This document shows positions 20,552-31,159 of a stretch of 64,000 nucleotides of DNA, piece by piece. The position numbers were made by a program, and so were the translations under genes. Below the pieces are notes generated by a model. It had not been told where the DNA came from, made no database searches, and saw nothing but the letters and a program-made list of their open reading frames with translations. Each line of letters opens with the position of its first letter. The stretch's first letter is position 1. The DNA comes from Chthoniobacteraceae bacterium (GTDB taxonomy: Bacteria; Verrucomicrobiota; Verrucomicrobiia; Chthoniobacterales; Chthoniobacteraceae). The stretch lies in contig JBBCKI010000072.1 of the NCBI GenBank assembly GCA_037190965.1, forward strand, positions 47,821 through 111,820, in the 5' to 3' direction.

Positions 20552-23500
20552 ATGAACAACGGAACACGCCTCTTTAAACAAACCGCCCTACAGGCAAGGG
20601 CCCGCTCTGCGGGTCGCGCGTTGGGTAGTACACTTTCTGCCGCGGTGCTTGCCTCCGCAATGATGGCGGGAAGCTCGGCCTTTGCCGCCGACATCGTCGT
20701 TGATAATCCTGCCAGCCCGTTGGTTCTGACCAATTCAGAACAGATCAACATCGAGAACGTTTATCTTCAAAACGGTGCTGAAATTCAGGGAAACGGTACC
20801 GCCGATATTCTCGCCAGCGGAACCTTCGCGCTGGAGAGCGGCAGCGTTCTTCAGGTAGGTCTCGGTGGAACTGCCGGGCTTGAGAAAACGACAGCAGGAT
20901 GGGTTACGCTGACAGGGTCGAATTCCTATACCGGCACCACGGAAGTCTTTGGAGGGACCTTGCAGATCGGTGACGGGGTTACCGGCTCGCTCAATAGCGC
21001 CAGCGCGGTCAATATCCGCATCAACGCGCGCGTTGAACTGAACCTCGCTTCAGGCAGCACTTTTGCCAACAACGTTTACATCGAGAAAGTAGGCGGGGAC
21101 TTCGGGAATTTCGTGGTGAATTCCTCGGGAACCACGACGATTTCCGGAGTAATCTCCGGCGGCGGCGGCTTCTTTCAGTTGAACTCTGACGGTCACACGA
21201 TCCTGACCGGCGAGAATACCTCCACTGGCGCGTATGGTGTCGAGGGGGGGACATTGCAGATTGGCGACGGAACCACAGGCTCGATCAGCTCCGCTGCCTC
21301 TGTTTATATTCATGACTCTGCTCAGCTCCTGATCAACCTCGCGGACAACGGGGTTTTCGCTAATGACATCGGCAACGGTGGCTTGCTTCAGACGATCGCC
21401 AACGGGACCAATACTCTCGCGGGAGCGATTTCCGGCACGGGCGCATTTATACAGTCCGGGTCCGGTACCACGATCCTCACCGGGACAAACACCTACACGG
21501 GATATACCGCAGTTAGTTCCGGCACGCTCCAGATCGGTGACGGCGTCAGCGGGTCGATCAATGATTTGAGCGACGTCTATGTGGAAGAGGCCGGCTCGCT
21601 GGTTCTCCACCTGCGTAACGACGGCATCTTCGGTAGCGACGTTTACAATGATGGCAAGGTCTTCACCTCTGCCTCCGGCACCAACACGGTCTCCGGCGTC
21701 ATCAGCGGTACGGGTTCTCTGACCCAGAACGGCAATGGAGTTACAATCCTCGACAACCAGAACACTTACAGCGGTGCCACCTCGGTGCTGAGCGGCACGT
21801 TGAAGGCAGGCGCTGATTACGCCATCTCCTACGAATCCGCGGTTTCGGTTGACGCAGGAAGCACCCTCGACTTGCGGTATACCGACCAGGAGATCGGCTC
21901 CCTGTCCGACGGCGAGAACGGCGGCGGGACCGTCCGGATCCGCCGTGGCGAACTCAGGACCGGCTACGACAACACCGACACCACCTTCAGCGGTTCCATC
22001 ACCGGCTGGCGCGGTCGGTTGGTCAAGACCGGCAATGGTACCTTTACGCTTACCGGGGCCAATACCTACACCGGCAGCACGGTTGTTGCCTCCGGCACGT
22101 TGCAGATCGGCGACGGCGTCAGTGGTTCGATCAGCGCCCAGTCCCGCGTCTACATCGACAGTGACGCCAGCTTGGTGCTGAATCTCGCTGACGGCAGCGA
22201 GTTCGAAAACCGCATCCGTAACCGGGGCTCGATCTTCTCGATTGCCGACGGAACGACGACGATCTCCGGGCGCATCAGCCGCGGCGGCGACTTCTACCAG
22301 GCCGGTACCGGAACGACGATCCTCACCGCCAACAACACCTACTGGGGGAATACCTACGTTCAGAGTGGCACTCTTCAGATTGGTGATGGATCGACTTACG
22401 GGTCCGGCATCTCCAATTCGGAATACGTTCAGGTTGACGCGAATGCAACGCTCGCCATCAAGCTTGCTCATAACGACGAGTTCAACAACGATGTGACCAA
22501 CAACGGCACAGTCCGTTCCATCGTTGGCGAAGTGGAAATCGTTCCAGATGACTGGGTTCCCGCGGTCAATAACATCTCGGGCCAGATTGTTGGCACGGGT
22601 GGATTCATCAAAGAAGGCAAAGGAACGACGGTCTTTACCAACGCATACAATGATGATCCCTCGTATGATACCGCGCATTACTACGCAGGGGATACCGAGA
22701 TCCGTGAAGGGACGTTGAAGACGGACGGGTTGTGGAACCTCAGCATCTATTCCAAGCATAACGTTTCAGAAGACGCCGTGCTGGATCTGAACGGGTATAA
22801 TCAGAATATCCGGGCGCTGACTGGCGCCGGTCGTGTGGAGAATATCGATGGCGATCTCTACATCGGGTATTTGTATGACTTCGACGAAGAGGACTGGGTG
22901 ATCGGGGAGTCGAGCGATTATGGTGTGTTCGACGGCGTCCTGGCCGGATCGGGAAATATCTATAAAGGCGGTTACGGCCTCTGGGCTCTCAACGGGGAGA
23001 ACACCTTCGACGGTTACCTGGAGAATAATGCGGGGGCGATCGCGCTCAATGGCTCCATTGAGGCGCAGGTTGACAACAACGCCTTCTTCTTCGGAAACGG
23101 CTATGTCGGTGGTGGCTTCCACAACCATGGAGAACTGATTGCGCTCGATTACGAGACCGGTAATCCGGGAACTCTTACCATCGGTGAAAACTTCGAACAA
23201 TTCGACGACTCCATCTACTACGTTGCGGTCAAGTCGGCGAAGAACCACAGCAAGGTCGAAGTGCTTGGAGAAGCTCATCTCGACGGCACTGTCGTTCTGA
23301 CTTCGTTTTCCAAATACAAGCCCAAGCGCGACGACAAGTTGACGATCCTCACCGCTGACGATGGCGTCGAAGGTAAGTTCGACAAGCTCGAGAGCCGGCT
23401 GCAGAAAACGATGCTCAAGCCGAAGCTCGTCTATAAAGACGACAAGGTTATCGTCGAATTCCAGCAGCGGAAGTTCGCGAGCCTCTCGGGCCTCACGCCG

Positions 23501-24697
23501 AACCAGAAGGCAGTCGCTCGCGCCCTCGACAAGGACTCGAACCGGAAGAGCCTCAACAAGCTGTTCGACAAGCTTAACGACCTCGATTTCGACGACGTCC
23601 CCGGCGTTCTGGCAAAACTCTCGCCTGAGCAGTTCGCGGCGATCTTCAACATCGGGTTTGCAACCTCTCAGTTGCAGTTCACCAACATCGAGCGCCGCCT
23701 CGACGACGTCCGCCGTGGTAAGGCTGGCTTCAGCACGAACGGCCTCGCGTTGAGCAACTCGCATGGCACGCTCAATTACGACGGCATGCCGATCGTCAAC
23801 GAGAAGAACGGCCTGACCCTCGCGGGCTGGGACGGCAAGAGCGTCGTCGGCAAGCAGACGGTGGCCCCGGTCATCTCTGAGAGCCGCTGGAGCTTCTTCG
23901 CAACCGGCAGCGGCGAATGGGCGGACGTGGAATCCACCCGCAATGCTCGCGGTTCCGACTTCCGTACGGGCGGCGTGAACATCGGTGCGGACTACCGCGT
24001 CAACGAGAACCTCGTTCTCGGTATCACGGCGGGTTACACGAATACGACCTCGGACCTGTTTGACGGCGGCAAGATCGACGTCAACAGCGGACGCGGCGCG
24101 GTCTACGGCACCTGGTTCAACGATGGGTTCTACGTGAACGCCCTCGCGGGCGGCGCGTACAACTCGTACGACACCAAGCGCTCGACCTTCGGCGGCAAGG
24201 CTCATGCGAGCCCCAACGGCGGTGAGTTCGACGCGTTGCTGGGTGGTGGTTACGACTTCTGCGTCGGCGGGTTGACCGTCGGGCCGATCGCTTCGTTGCA
24301 GTACACCTACCTCGGGCTGAGCAGCTTCAATGAATCGGGTTCCGATGCACCGCTGCACTTCCGCTCGCAGCATCAGGATTCGTTGAAATCCACCCTCGGT
24401 CTGAAGGCGGCTTACACCTTCAATATCGGGAGTGTGGCGATTACGCCGGAAGTTCGCGCTCAGTGGGTGCACGAGTACCTCGACAGCACCGCTGCGGTTG
24501 AATCCAGCTTCGCTTCGGGTGGCAGCACGTTCACGGTGAACGGCCCGAACATCGGTCGCAATGGGGTCCTGATCGACGCGGGTGTTTCCGCCCAGATCAC
24601 CCAGGGCGTCTCGGTGTTCGCTTACTACACCGGTGATTACGGCCGCACGAATTACACTTCCAATAGTGTGAACGGCGGTTTCCGGATCAACTTCTAA
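20552..24697 (+). CDS. Autotransporter with PATR beta-strand repeats and C-terminal beta-barrel
   Basis: Repeated G.GT.ILTG.NTY.G.T.V..GTLQIGDG units; GLTPNQKAVA linker; barrel ending in FRINF. Confidence 0.95.
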   Translation: MNNGTRLFKQTALQARARSAGRALGSTLSAAVLASAMMAGSSAFAADIVVDNPASPLVLTNSEQINIENVYLQNGAEIQGNGTADILASGTFALESGSVLQVGLGGTAGLEKTTAGWVTLTGSNSYTGTTEVFGGTLQIGDGVTGSLNSASAVNIRINARVELNLASGSTFANNVYIEKVGGDFGNFVVNSSGTTTISGVISGGGGFFQLNSDGHTILTGENTSTGAYGVEGGTLQIGDGTTGSISSAASVYIHDSAQLLINLADNGVFANDIGNGGLLQTIANGTNTLAGAISGTGAFIQSGSGTTILTGTNTYTGYTAVSSGTLQIGDGVSGSINDLSDVYVEEAGSLVLHLRNDGIFGSDVYNDGKVFTSASGTNTVSGVISGTGSLTQNGNGVTILDNQNTYSGATSVLSGTLKAGADYAISYESAVSVDAGSTLDLRYTDQEIGSLSDGENGGGTVRIRRGELRTGYDNTDTTFSGSITGWRGRLVKTGNGTFTLTGANTYTGSTVVASGTLQIGDGVSGSISAQSRVYIDSDASLVLNLADGSEFENRIRNRGSIFSIADGTTTISGRISRGGDFYQAGTGTTILTANNTYWGNTYVQSGTLQIGDGSTYGSGISNSEYVQVDANATLAIKLAHNDEFNNDVTNNGTVRSIVGEVEIVPDDWVPAVNNISGQIVGTGGFIKEGKGTTVFTNAYNDDPSYDTAHYYAGDTEIREGTLKTDGLWNLSIYSKHNVSEDAVLDLNGYNQNIRALTGAGRVENIDGDLYIGYLYDFDEEDWVIGESSDYGVFDGVLAGSGNIYKGGYGLWALNGENTFDGYLENNAGAIALNGSIEAQVDNNAFFFGNGYVGGGFHNHGELIALDYETGNPGTLTIGENFEQFDDSIYYVAVKSAKNHSKVEVLGEAHLDGTVVLTSFSKYKPKRDDKLTILTADDGVEGKFDKLESRLQKTMLKPKLVYKDDKVIVEFQQRKFASLSGLTPNQKAVARALDKDSNRKSLNKLFDKLNDLDFDDVPGVLAKLSPEQFAAIFNIGFATSQLQFTNIERRLDDVRRGKAGFSTNGLALSNSHGTLNYDGMPIVNEKNGLTLAGWDGKSVVGKQTVAPVISESRWSFFATGSGEWADVESTRNARGSDFRTGGVNIGADYRVNENLVLGITAGYTNTTSDLFDGGKIDVNSGRGAVYGTWFNDGFYVNALAGGAYNSYDTKRSTFGGKAHASPNGGEFDALLGGGYDFCVGGLTVGPIASLQYTYLGLSSFNESGSDAPLHFRSQHQDSLKSTLGLKAAYTFNIGSVAITPEVRAQWVHEYLDSTAAVESSFASGGSTFTVNGPNIGRNGVLIDAGVSAQITQGVSVFAYYTGDYGRTNYTSNSVNGGFRINF

Positions 24698-24728
24698 GCG
24701 AAGAAATCCCTGTTGGTTGATTGTTGTG

Positions 24729-24766
24729 AAGTCCCGCCCCTTTAACCGGGGGCGGGGCTTTTTTTT
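24729..24766 (+). terminator. Rho-independent terminator
   Basis: AAGTCCCGCCCC/GGGGCGGGGCTT stem followed by a T run. Confidence 0.9.
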
Positions 24767-24974
24767 ATCCCGGATTGCGGAAATCCGGAGCGCCCGGTGG
24801 ACCGTATTCGCCGGAAAGCACGGTATCGGCTTCCAGCGCCGCTCCAAATTCCGAGTTGCCCGTACGCATCGGAGGCGATAGGTTCGCGCCCCATTTCGTC
24901 GGATCCGCCTCTTCTCCCGATTGAGAGAGGATGTTTTCCGGCATATCTCGCGCGCTATTCACTTCCGAGACAAA

Positions 24975-26348
24975 ATGAAACTCCGTCAACTCATGCAGGA
25001 GAACCGGCTCACGCTTGGGCTGGCGTCTCCGATGATTGCGGGGCAGCTCGGGCAGATGATGATGGGATGGGCCGATACGATCATGGTTGGGCGGCTCGGG
25101 GTCGTGCCCCTGGCGGCTTGCGCTTTCGCCGTCATGGCGGTGCATGTCTTCCTGGTATTCGGTTTCGGGTTGATATCGTCGGTGTCGATCCGTGTTTCGC
25201 ACGCATTTGGTGCAAAGAAGCCGCGCGAGACGGGAGAAGTCTTGATCGCCGGCATCTTGATGGGATTGCTGACCGGCTTGGTGATGGTAGGGCTGATGTA
25301 TTTGGCTGTTCCATGGCTCCCACTCCTGGGGCAAGATCCTCAGGTGCTTACCGAAGGCCGTGGCTTTATGCTCCTCCTCGGGTGGTCGATCATCCCTGCG
25401 TTGCTGACGATTGTCGGCAAGGATTTCTCCGAGGCACTCTCACGTCCATGGCTTCCATTCTGGATCATGATGGGCGGTGTGGGGCTCAATATTTTCCTGA
25501 ACTGGTTGCTCATCTATGGCCGTTGGGGCATGCCTTCCCTGGGCCTCGCTGGTGCGGGTGTTGGTACTCTCGTGGCGCGCATCGCGGTGGTAATCACTCT
25601 TTTCGCAGCACTCTTCCTTGGCAAAAGCTACCGACCTTACCTCGTTAAAAGCATTTCGCGAAGCGATCTTTGGCACCAGCTTGGCTCGCTTTTCCGACTT
25701 GGCTGGCCCTCGGCGTTGCATCTGTTGGGAGAGGTCGGCTTGTTTGCCGCAGCAACCTTGATGATGGGGTGGATCGGAGTGACCGCGCTGGCCGCGCATC
25801 AGGTGGCCCTTACCTGCGCCTCGACGGCCTTTATGTTTCCGCTCGGGCTTGCATTCGCCGTCACGGTGAGGGTTGGGCAATCCCTGGGGGCGCGCGAGTT
25901 GCACCGCATTCGGCCGATCACCTTCGGGGCGCTGGGGATTGGGGTGTTGATGATGAGCAGCTTCGCGTTGTTCTTCATCACCGGCGGGGCATGGCTCGCC
26001 CGTTGGTTTGTGGATGACCCTGCGGTGGCAGCCCTCGCCACGATGTTGTTGATGATCGCCGGGTTCTTTTCGCTCTTCGACGGCTGCCAGATCATCGCGA
26101 TGGGTGGTTTGCGCGGCCTGGCTGATGTGCGCGTGCCGATGATCTTTGTCTACGTGGCCTACTGGGCAATCGCACTCCCTTCGGCGTACTCGCTCGCTTT
26201 CCACGCAGGTTGGGGGGCATCCGGAGTCTGGGTCGGCCTGCTGATCGGGCTTTTCTGCACCGCAGTGGCCATTGTCACCCGCTTCTGTCTGACCAGCGGG
26301 AGGCCCGTGGCTTTCTCCGTGAGCCGCGAGGCGGCGGAAGTATTCTAA
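24975..26348 (+). CDS. MATE family efflux transporter
   Basis: DTIMVGRLG, NWLLIYG..G.P.LG..GAG, RVGQSLGA, LRGLAD; about 12 TM. Confidence 0.93.
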   Translation: MKLRQLMQENRLTLGLASPMIAGQLGQMMMGWADTIMVGRLGVVPLAACAFAVMAVHVFLVFGFGLISSVSIRVSHAFGAKKPRETGEVLIAGILMGLLTGLVMVGLMYLAVPWLPLLGQDPQVLTEGRGFMLLLGWSIIPALLTIVGKDFSEALSRPWLPFWIMMGGVGLNIFLNWLLIYGRWGMPSLGLAGAGVGTLVARIAVVITLFAALFLGKSYRPYLVKSISRSDLWHQLGSLFRLGWPSALHLLGEVGLFAAATLMMGWIGVTALAAHQVALTCASTAFMFPLGLAFAVTVRVGQSLGARELHRIRPITFGALGIGVLMMSSFALFFITGGAWLARWFVDDPAVAALATMLLMIAGFFSLFDGCQIIAMGGLRGLADVRVPMIFVYVAYWAIALPSAYSLAFHAGWGASGVWVGLLIGLFCTAVAIVTRFCLTSGRPVAFSVSREAAEVF

Positions 26349-26425
26349 TCATCCACGAGCTGATCCATCGTAATCAACCATTCGCTTTGCTTGCGGTTTC
26401 CGGGTGATTCGCGCATGTTTGGGTA

Positions 26426-26815
26426 ATGCAAGTGACGTTGTTGAAGTCGAAGATTCACCGGCCCGCCGTAACCGGTGCCAGTCTGCATTACGAGGGGAGC
26501 CTCACGATTTCGGCGGATTTGGCCGAGCAGGTCGGGCTTTTGCCCTATGAGCGAATTCTCGTGAGCAACATGGGCAACGGGGAGCGGTTCGAGACTTACG
26601 TGATCTATGGAAAACGCGGAGAAGGGATCATCGAGCTGAACGGCGCCACCGCTCATCTCGGCAAAGTCGGCGATCGGCTCACCATCATGAATTTTGGGTG
26701 GTACACCCCGGAAGAAGCGGCCGCCCACAAGCCACGCGTCATCGTCCTGAACGAACGCAACGAAGTGGTGCGTGAGGGAATTCAGAACCCTTCCGCTCTT
26801 CAGCCTGTCGGCTGA
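26426..26815 (+). CDS. panD: Aspartate 1-decarboxylase
   Basis: KSKIHR, YEG|S self-cleavage site, NGERFETY, LNGA.A. Confidence 0.95.
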   Translation: MQVTLLKSKIHRPAVTGASLHYEGSLTISADLAEQVGLLPYERILVSNMGNGERFETYVIYGKRGEGIIELNGATAHLGKVGDRLTIMNFGWYTPEEAAAHKPRVIVLNERNEVVREGIQNPSALQPVG

Positions 26816-26867
26816 GGCCAGGTGATCGGGGCAGAGCCCCGTTGCTTGCCTTTGGAACGCGTTTGCC

Positions 26868-27452
26868 ATGAAAGGATTTCTCGAACAACCGGTATTGACC
26901 ACGGAGCGCCTCCAGTTGCGGCCTTTCGGCCTGGAGGACGCCCCCGACGTGCAGCGGCTCGCGGGGGCTCCCGAGATTGCCGCCACGACCCTTCGCATCG
27001 CCCACCCCTACCCGGTGGGTGCCGCGGAGGTTTTTATTTTCGGGCAGGAATCGGCATTCATTGATGGTCTTGGAGCGACCTTTGCCGTTGTCGAAGCCAC
27101 GACCGGCACCCTTTGTGGCTGTGTCGGGCTGGGATGCGATCGAGAGCATTCCCATGCGGAGTTGGGTTACTGGATCGGCGTTCCCTACTGGGGGCGCGGT
27201 TATGCGACCGAAGCCGCCCGGCGAGTCCTGGCCTTCGGTTTCTCTCATTTCGGGCTGCACAGGATCGCCTCCCGGCATTTTGCCTCCAATCCCGCCTCCG
27301 GGCGGGTGTTGCAAAAGATCGGTATGAAATACGAAGGTCGTCGCCGCGAGGCATTCTTTAAGCAGGGACGCGGCTTTGAGGACAGCCTCGAGTACGGCTT
27401 GCTGAGCCGGGAATGGGCGGACTCGATCCGGGGCGGTTTAGAAACGCCGTAA
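26868..27452 (+). CDS. RimJ/RimL-family GNAT acetyltransferase
   Basis: TERLQLRP, ELGYWIG..YWGRGYATEA, NPASGRVLQKIGM. Confidence 0.92.
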   Translation: MKGFLEQPVLTTERLQLRPFGLEDAPDVQRLAGAPEIAATTLRIAHPYPVGAAEVFIFGQESAFIDGLGATFAVVEATTGTLCGCVGLGCDREHSHAELGYWIGVPYWGRGYATEAARRVLAFGFSHFGLHRIASRHFASNPASGRVLQKIGMKYEGRRREAFFKQGRGFEDSLEYGLLSREWADSIRGGLETP

Positions 27453-27488
27453 CGCTCTGCGCGCGGGCGAAACCCGAAACCTGATCGG

Positions 27489-28010
27489 GTGAATGTCCTC
27501 TCAAAACTGTTCGATTTAGGAGCATGGTATTTCTCTCCCGGGCTCTCCATTCCGGAGGGAGTGACCCCGGTATCGGGTTTTAACGCGCAACGTTATCTTG
27601 GCCGGTGGTACGAAATCGCCCGGTTCGATCATTTTTTCGAAACGGGTTTGAGTCGCGTGATGGCGGATTATTCGATGCGCGAGGACGGATCCATCGATGT
27701 GTTTAATCAGGGTTTCGACGCCCGTAGGTCGAAATGGCAGGAGGCGCGGGGGATTGCGCGCTTCATGAGCACCCCGGACATCGCGAGCCTGAAGGTCTCG
27801 TTCTTTTGGCCCATCTGGGGCGCTTATCACGTCTTTGCCCTCGACCATGCGGACTACCGGTGGGCCATGGTTGCCGGGGCAACCCACTCCTATCTCTGGA
27901 TCTTGAGCCGGGAGAAAACCATGGAGCCTGACCTGCTGGAGTCTTTGCTCCAGCAGGCTCGGGCTGCGGGGGTCGATACCGGCAAACTGATGCTCGTCGC
28001 TCAGGAGTGA
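27489..28010 (+). CDS. blc: Bacterial lipocalin (Blc-like)
   Basis: RYLGRWYEIAR, LKVSFF.P, YLWILSR. Confidence 0.88.
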   Translation: MNVLSKLFDLGAWYFSPGLSIPEGVTPVSGFNAQRYLGRWYEIARFDHFFETGLSRVMADYSMREDGSIDVFNQGFDARRSKWQEARGIARFMSTPDIASLKVSFFWPIWGAYHVFALDHADYRWAMVAGATHSYLWILSREKTMEPDLLESLLQQARAAGVDTGKLMLVAQE

Positions 28011-30976
28011 GGCGCCTTGGCTAACCAGTCCGCCACGGCTTTGCATTCCTTTCTCCCCAGCCGGAGGAAAGCGGTCTCAGCCCACTGCGCCGGTGTGGTC
28101 CGGTGCTCTTCATCCGTTAAAGCCGAGTCCGCCCCATTCGCGAGGAGGATCTTGACCAGAGAAAGCTGCCCATGCCATGCCGCCGCGTGGAGCAGCGTGC
28201 CTTTTGACTGGTCGGCATTCCGCCCATTGACCGGCAGCCCTTGCGTGAGCATCCATTCCACCACGGTGGTCTGCCCGGCTTGGATGGCGGCGACGGCGGT
28301 GGCCGGGTCGCGGGCGATCTCCGGATCGAACTCCGCGGCGGCCTGGAGACGCGCCAGATCGCCCAGCGCCGCGTAGACCCACGGGGGAGCTTCCGCTCCC
28401 TGTTCGAGCAACAGGCGGAGGAGAGGAGCGGTCTCGGCAACGGTTTCAGGGCCAGCCGAGACGATCGACTCCAGAGGCGTCTGCCCGAAGCGGTCTTTGC
28501 GGTCAAGCGGTGCGCCAAGGGCGAGAAGCCGTTGCGCCGCTGCGGTTGTGCGCGCAAAGCGGATCGGCGAAGCAAGGCTGGGGAAGGCCCGGGTCACGCT
28601 CTCCGGATCGCTTTTGAGGAAAGCTTCGACCCGGGCGTCATCGCCCAGCATCAACGCTTCGGGCAGGCCGATGAATGCGCCGCGTTGCACGAGCGTCTGC
28701 GCCATCGCTCGCCGACGGTTATGCAGCGCAAGGAGCAGCGGCGTCCAGCCATCGTAAGACGCATCCTTCCCGTCGATGTCTGCCCCGGCGGCGATCAACC
28801 AGTCGAAGATCGGCCGGTTTCCGCGTTCGATGGCCACATGCAACGCCTGGGGAGTCCCTCCCCAGAGCGGGTGAGGCGCAGGCTGGCTGATAAGTTCGGG
28901 ATTTCCGGCGACCATCGTCTTGAGAGAGGCAAGGTCCTCACCCGTGCTCTCGCTGATCGCGCGAAGAAAACGCCGGGGCAGGTCATCCTGTTCCGGAGCG
29001 CGCTTGCCTCCTTTTCCGGTGAGAAAGGCGATCATCGGGTGTCGGCCCCGGTCGATGGCAAACTCAAGCGGGGTCCAGCCGTCAGCGGCGGGAGCGTTGA
29101 TGTCCGCGCCGAATCGCAGCAGCACTTCGGCGGTTTCCGGCGTGGAGGACCATTCCCCGCAATGATGCAGCGGCCGCATTTCTTCCTCCTTCGGGTTGAC
29201 GGCTTCGACATCCGCGCCCGCTTCGCAAAGAAGGCGGACGATCTCCGCGCTACGCTCGGGGTGCCTGCGGTTGCGACAGGCCCAGTGTAGCGCCGTCATC
29301 CCTTCGGGGTCGGTCGTCTTCGCGGCCTTCGGGTTCTGCTGCAGGCATTCACGCACGCGGTTAAGGAGGCCGAGCGTGCAGGCGGTCCAAAGATCGATCT
29401 CCGCACCCCGGCGAATCAGTTCATCCGCCACCGCCTCGCCTTCCGGGAAGGCCCCGTAAACACAGGCCGCCCGGTAGAGCGCGGTGCGACCCTCGGCGTC
29501 GGGTTGGTTGAGCAATTCGGGCTCGTCCTCGATGCGGCGGATGACCTCTTCCTTCAGGCCGCAACGCGCCAGCGACGGGAGATCGGCGTCGGTGCCGTGG
29601 TCTACCAGCAGTTGGGCAATCTCATGCATGCGAGGGCGGTGCCAGACGCACTTGAACGCGATCCCTTCCACGGCGGTTCCTTCCCAGCGCGGCGACCAGG
29701 GATGGCTGTTGGTGAGCTCGGGGTGCTCGTGGAGGAGCCGGTGCACGGTGTCGATTTCACCCTCGTTAATGGCGTCGAGAAAACCCTTCGCGGCTTCGGG
29801 AGCCACTACCGGGGCAGGGGATGCAGGGGCTGCTGGTGCTCCGAATCGGGAGAGAAGGCGCGTTTCCCTGGCGTTGCAGGCGGCGTATTCCACCGCCGTA
29901 AGCCACTGTGGTTTGCTGGCTCCAGTGTGATCGGGCGGAGCCAGCATCGCTCGGAGGCTCCAGTCGATGCGGCTCGATTCCCTCTCCAGAAGATGCCGCA
30001 GCAGCTTGAAGTGCGCGCCCTTCCACGATTGCACGGCATGGAACAGCGGTGTTTGCGTGCCGGTACCATCTTCGCGGGGCTCCGCCCGGGCGTTGATATC
30101 CGCGCCGCGATCGAGGAGCAGATCGACGCATTCGGTTTCGCCAAAATCAATGGCAAAATGCAACAGCGTGGCTCCTGCGAGATCGGGATTCCCGCGCCCC
30201 GCAAGTTCAGGGAACCGACGGGTGATCAGGCCGGGATCGGCATCGAGAAACCCAGCCAACCGGGCGCGGTCGCCGCGCAGGATGGCGAGGAAGACGTCGT
30301 CCTGGTGCACCGCGCCGTGCTCGATGAGAAGGTCGAGGCAACGATGCCGCGAGGCATTGCTCCCCCGAACATACGTCCACGCAGCATGAAAGAAGGGTGT
30401 CATCAGGCCATATTTGGTGGGGATCGGCTCGAAGGAGACATCGGCCCCATGGGCGAGGAGATACTCCAGCCCATCGACGTCCACCCCTTCGCAAACGGCA
30501 AAGACGATCGGCCCGTAGTTGCCGCCGTACTGCCCATTGGGGTTGGCCCCGACTTCGATCAGCAGATCGGCAATCGCGTACCGGAGGGCGCGGGTGTTGC
30601 GTCCGCCCCCGCCGCAGATGCCGCGAGCAAGGGCGAGATCGAGGTCGTGCTGGCCGGGAGTGGCTTGCTTCAGAATCTCTCGCACGCGGACAATGTCCTT
30701 GCGGTTGGCCGCGCTGACCAGCGTGTCGGAGGCCTGGAGAATGATTGGCGGGTTCACGACCGCTTCCACATACGCTTTCAGCGCGCGCCAGCTTGGGAAC
30801 CCATATTCCCTGGCGAGGGCGAACTGGGCTTCGGTGAGCTTTGTTGCCGGGGAGGCAACTCTCAAGGTTTTGAGCCGTTGCTTGGCTTCATTGCGGAGCC
30901 GCTCCAGATTGGGGCGAATGGGGAGCGAACGCTTCGATGGCGTTGGCGTCGGAGACGATGAATCAGATTTGGACAT
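28001..30976 (-). CDS. Large ankyrin repeat protein with small helical N-terminal domain
   Basis: N-terminal LPIRPNLERLRNEAK..LTEAQFALAREYGFPSW; many T.LH.A and GADIN repeats. Confidence 0.9.
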   Translation of the reverse strand: MSKSDSSSPTPTPSKRSLPIRPNLERLRNEAKQRLKTLRVASPATKLTEAQFALAREYGFPSWRALKAYVEAVVNPPIILQASDTLVSAANRKDIVRVREILKQATPGQHDLDLALARGICGGGGRNTRALRYAIADLLIEVGANPNGQYGGNYGPIVFAVCEGVDVDGLEYLLAHGADVSFEPIPTKYGLMTPFFHAAWTYVRGSNASRHRCLDLLIEHGAVHQDDVFLAILRGDRARLAGFLDADPGLITRRFPELAGRGNPDLAGATLLHFAIDFGETECVDLLLDRGADINARAEPREDGTGTQTPLFHAVQSWKGAHFKLLRHLLERESSRIDWSLRAMLAPPDHTGASKPQWLTAVEYAACNARETRLLSRFGAPAAPASPAPVVAPEAAKGFLDAINEGEIDTVHRLLHEHPELTNSHPWSPRWEGTAVEGIAFKCVWHRPRMHEIAQLLVDHGTDADLPSLARCGLKEEVIRRIEDEPELLNQPDAEGRTALYRAACVYGAFPEGEAVADELIRRGAEIDLWTACTLGLLNRVRECLQQNPKAAKTTDPEGMTALHWACRNRRHPERSAEIVRLLCEAGADVEAVNPKEEEMRPLHHCGEWSSTPETAEVLLRFGADINAPAADGWTPLEFAIDRGRHPMIAFLTGKGGKRAPEQDDLPRRFLRAISESTGEDLASLKTMVAGNPELISQPAPHPLWGGTPQALHVAIERGNRPIFDWLIAAGADIDGKDASYDGWTPLLLALHNRRRAMAQTLVQRGAFIGLPEALMLGDDARVEAFLKSDPESVTRAFPSLASPIRFARTTAAAQRLLALGAPLDRKDRFGQTPLESIVSAGPETVAETAPLLRLLLEQGAEAPPWVYAALGDLARLQAAAEFDPEIARDPATAVAAIQAGQTTVVEWMLTQGLPVNGRNADQSKGTLLHAAAWHGQLSLVKILLANGADSALTDEEHRTTPAQWAETAFLRLGRKECKAVADWLAKAPHS

Positions 30977-31105
30977 AAACCTTCCTTCCAAGGGTGCCCG
31001 ATGTCCGCGATCCCGGGCGGGAAGTTAGGTTGTTTGTTTGTCGCAAACCGAGTAGGCTTTGCCCTTTACGCGGACCGTTGGTGTCTCGAATCACCGGGTT
31101 GGATC
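30977..31105 (-). promoter_or_regulatory. Structured 5' leader RNA (candidate cis-regulatory motif)
   Basis: Stems GTCCGCG/CGCGGAC, CCCGGTG/CATCGGG and GGC-AAA-GCC, directly upstream of the GGAAGG Shine-Dalgarno and ATG. Confidence 0.5.
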
Positions 31106-31159
31106 ATTTGTGAAACCGGCGGCAACGGCAAGGGAAAAATCCAACGGTGCGGTAGCACC

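Noticed and set aside
22766..24847. 693-aa antisense ORF and many similar long shadow ORFs
   Set aside because: Opposite-strand artefacts of high-GC codon bias over well-supported genes.
31061..31071. GCGTAAAGGG match to a 16S rRNA segment in the ankyrin leader
   Set aside because: A 10-nt match is too short to claim rRNA mimicry.
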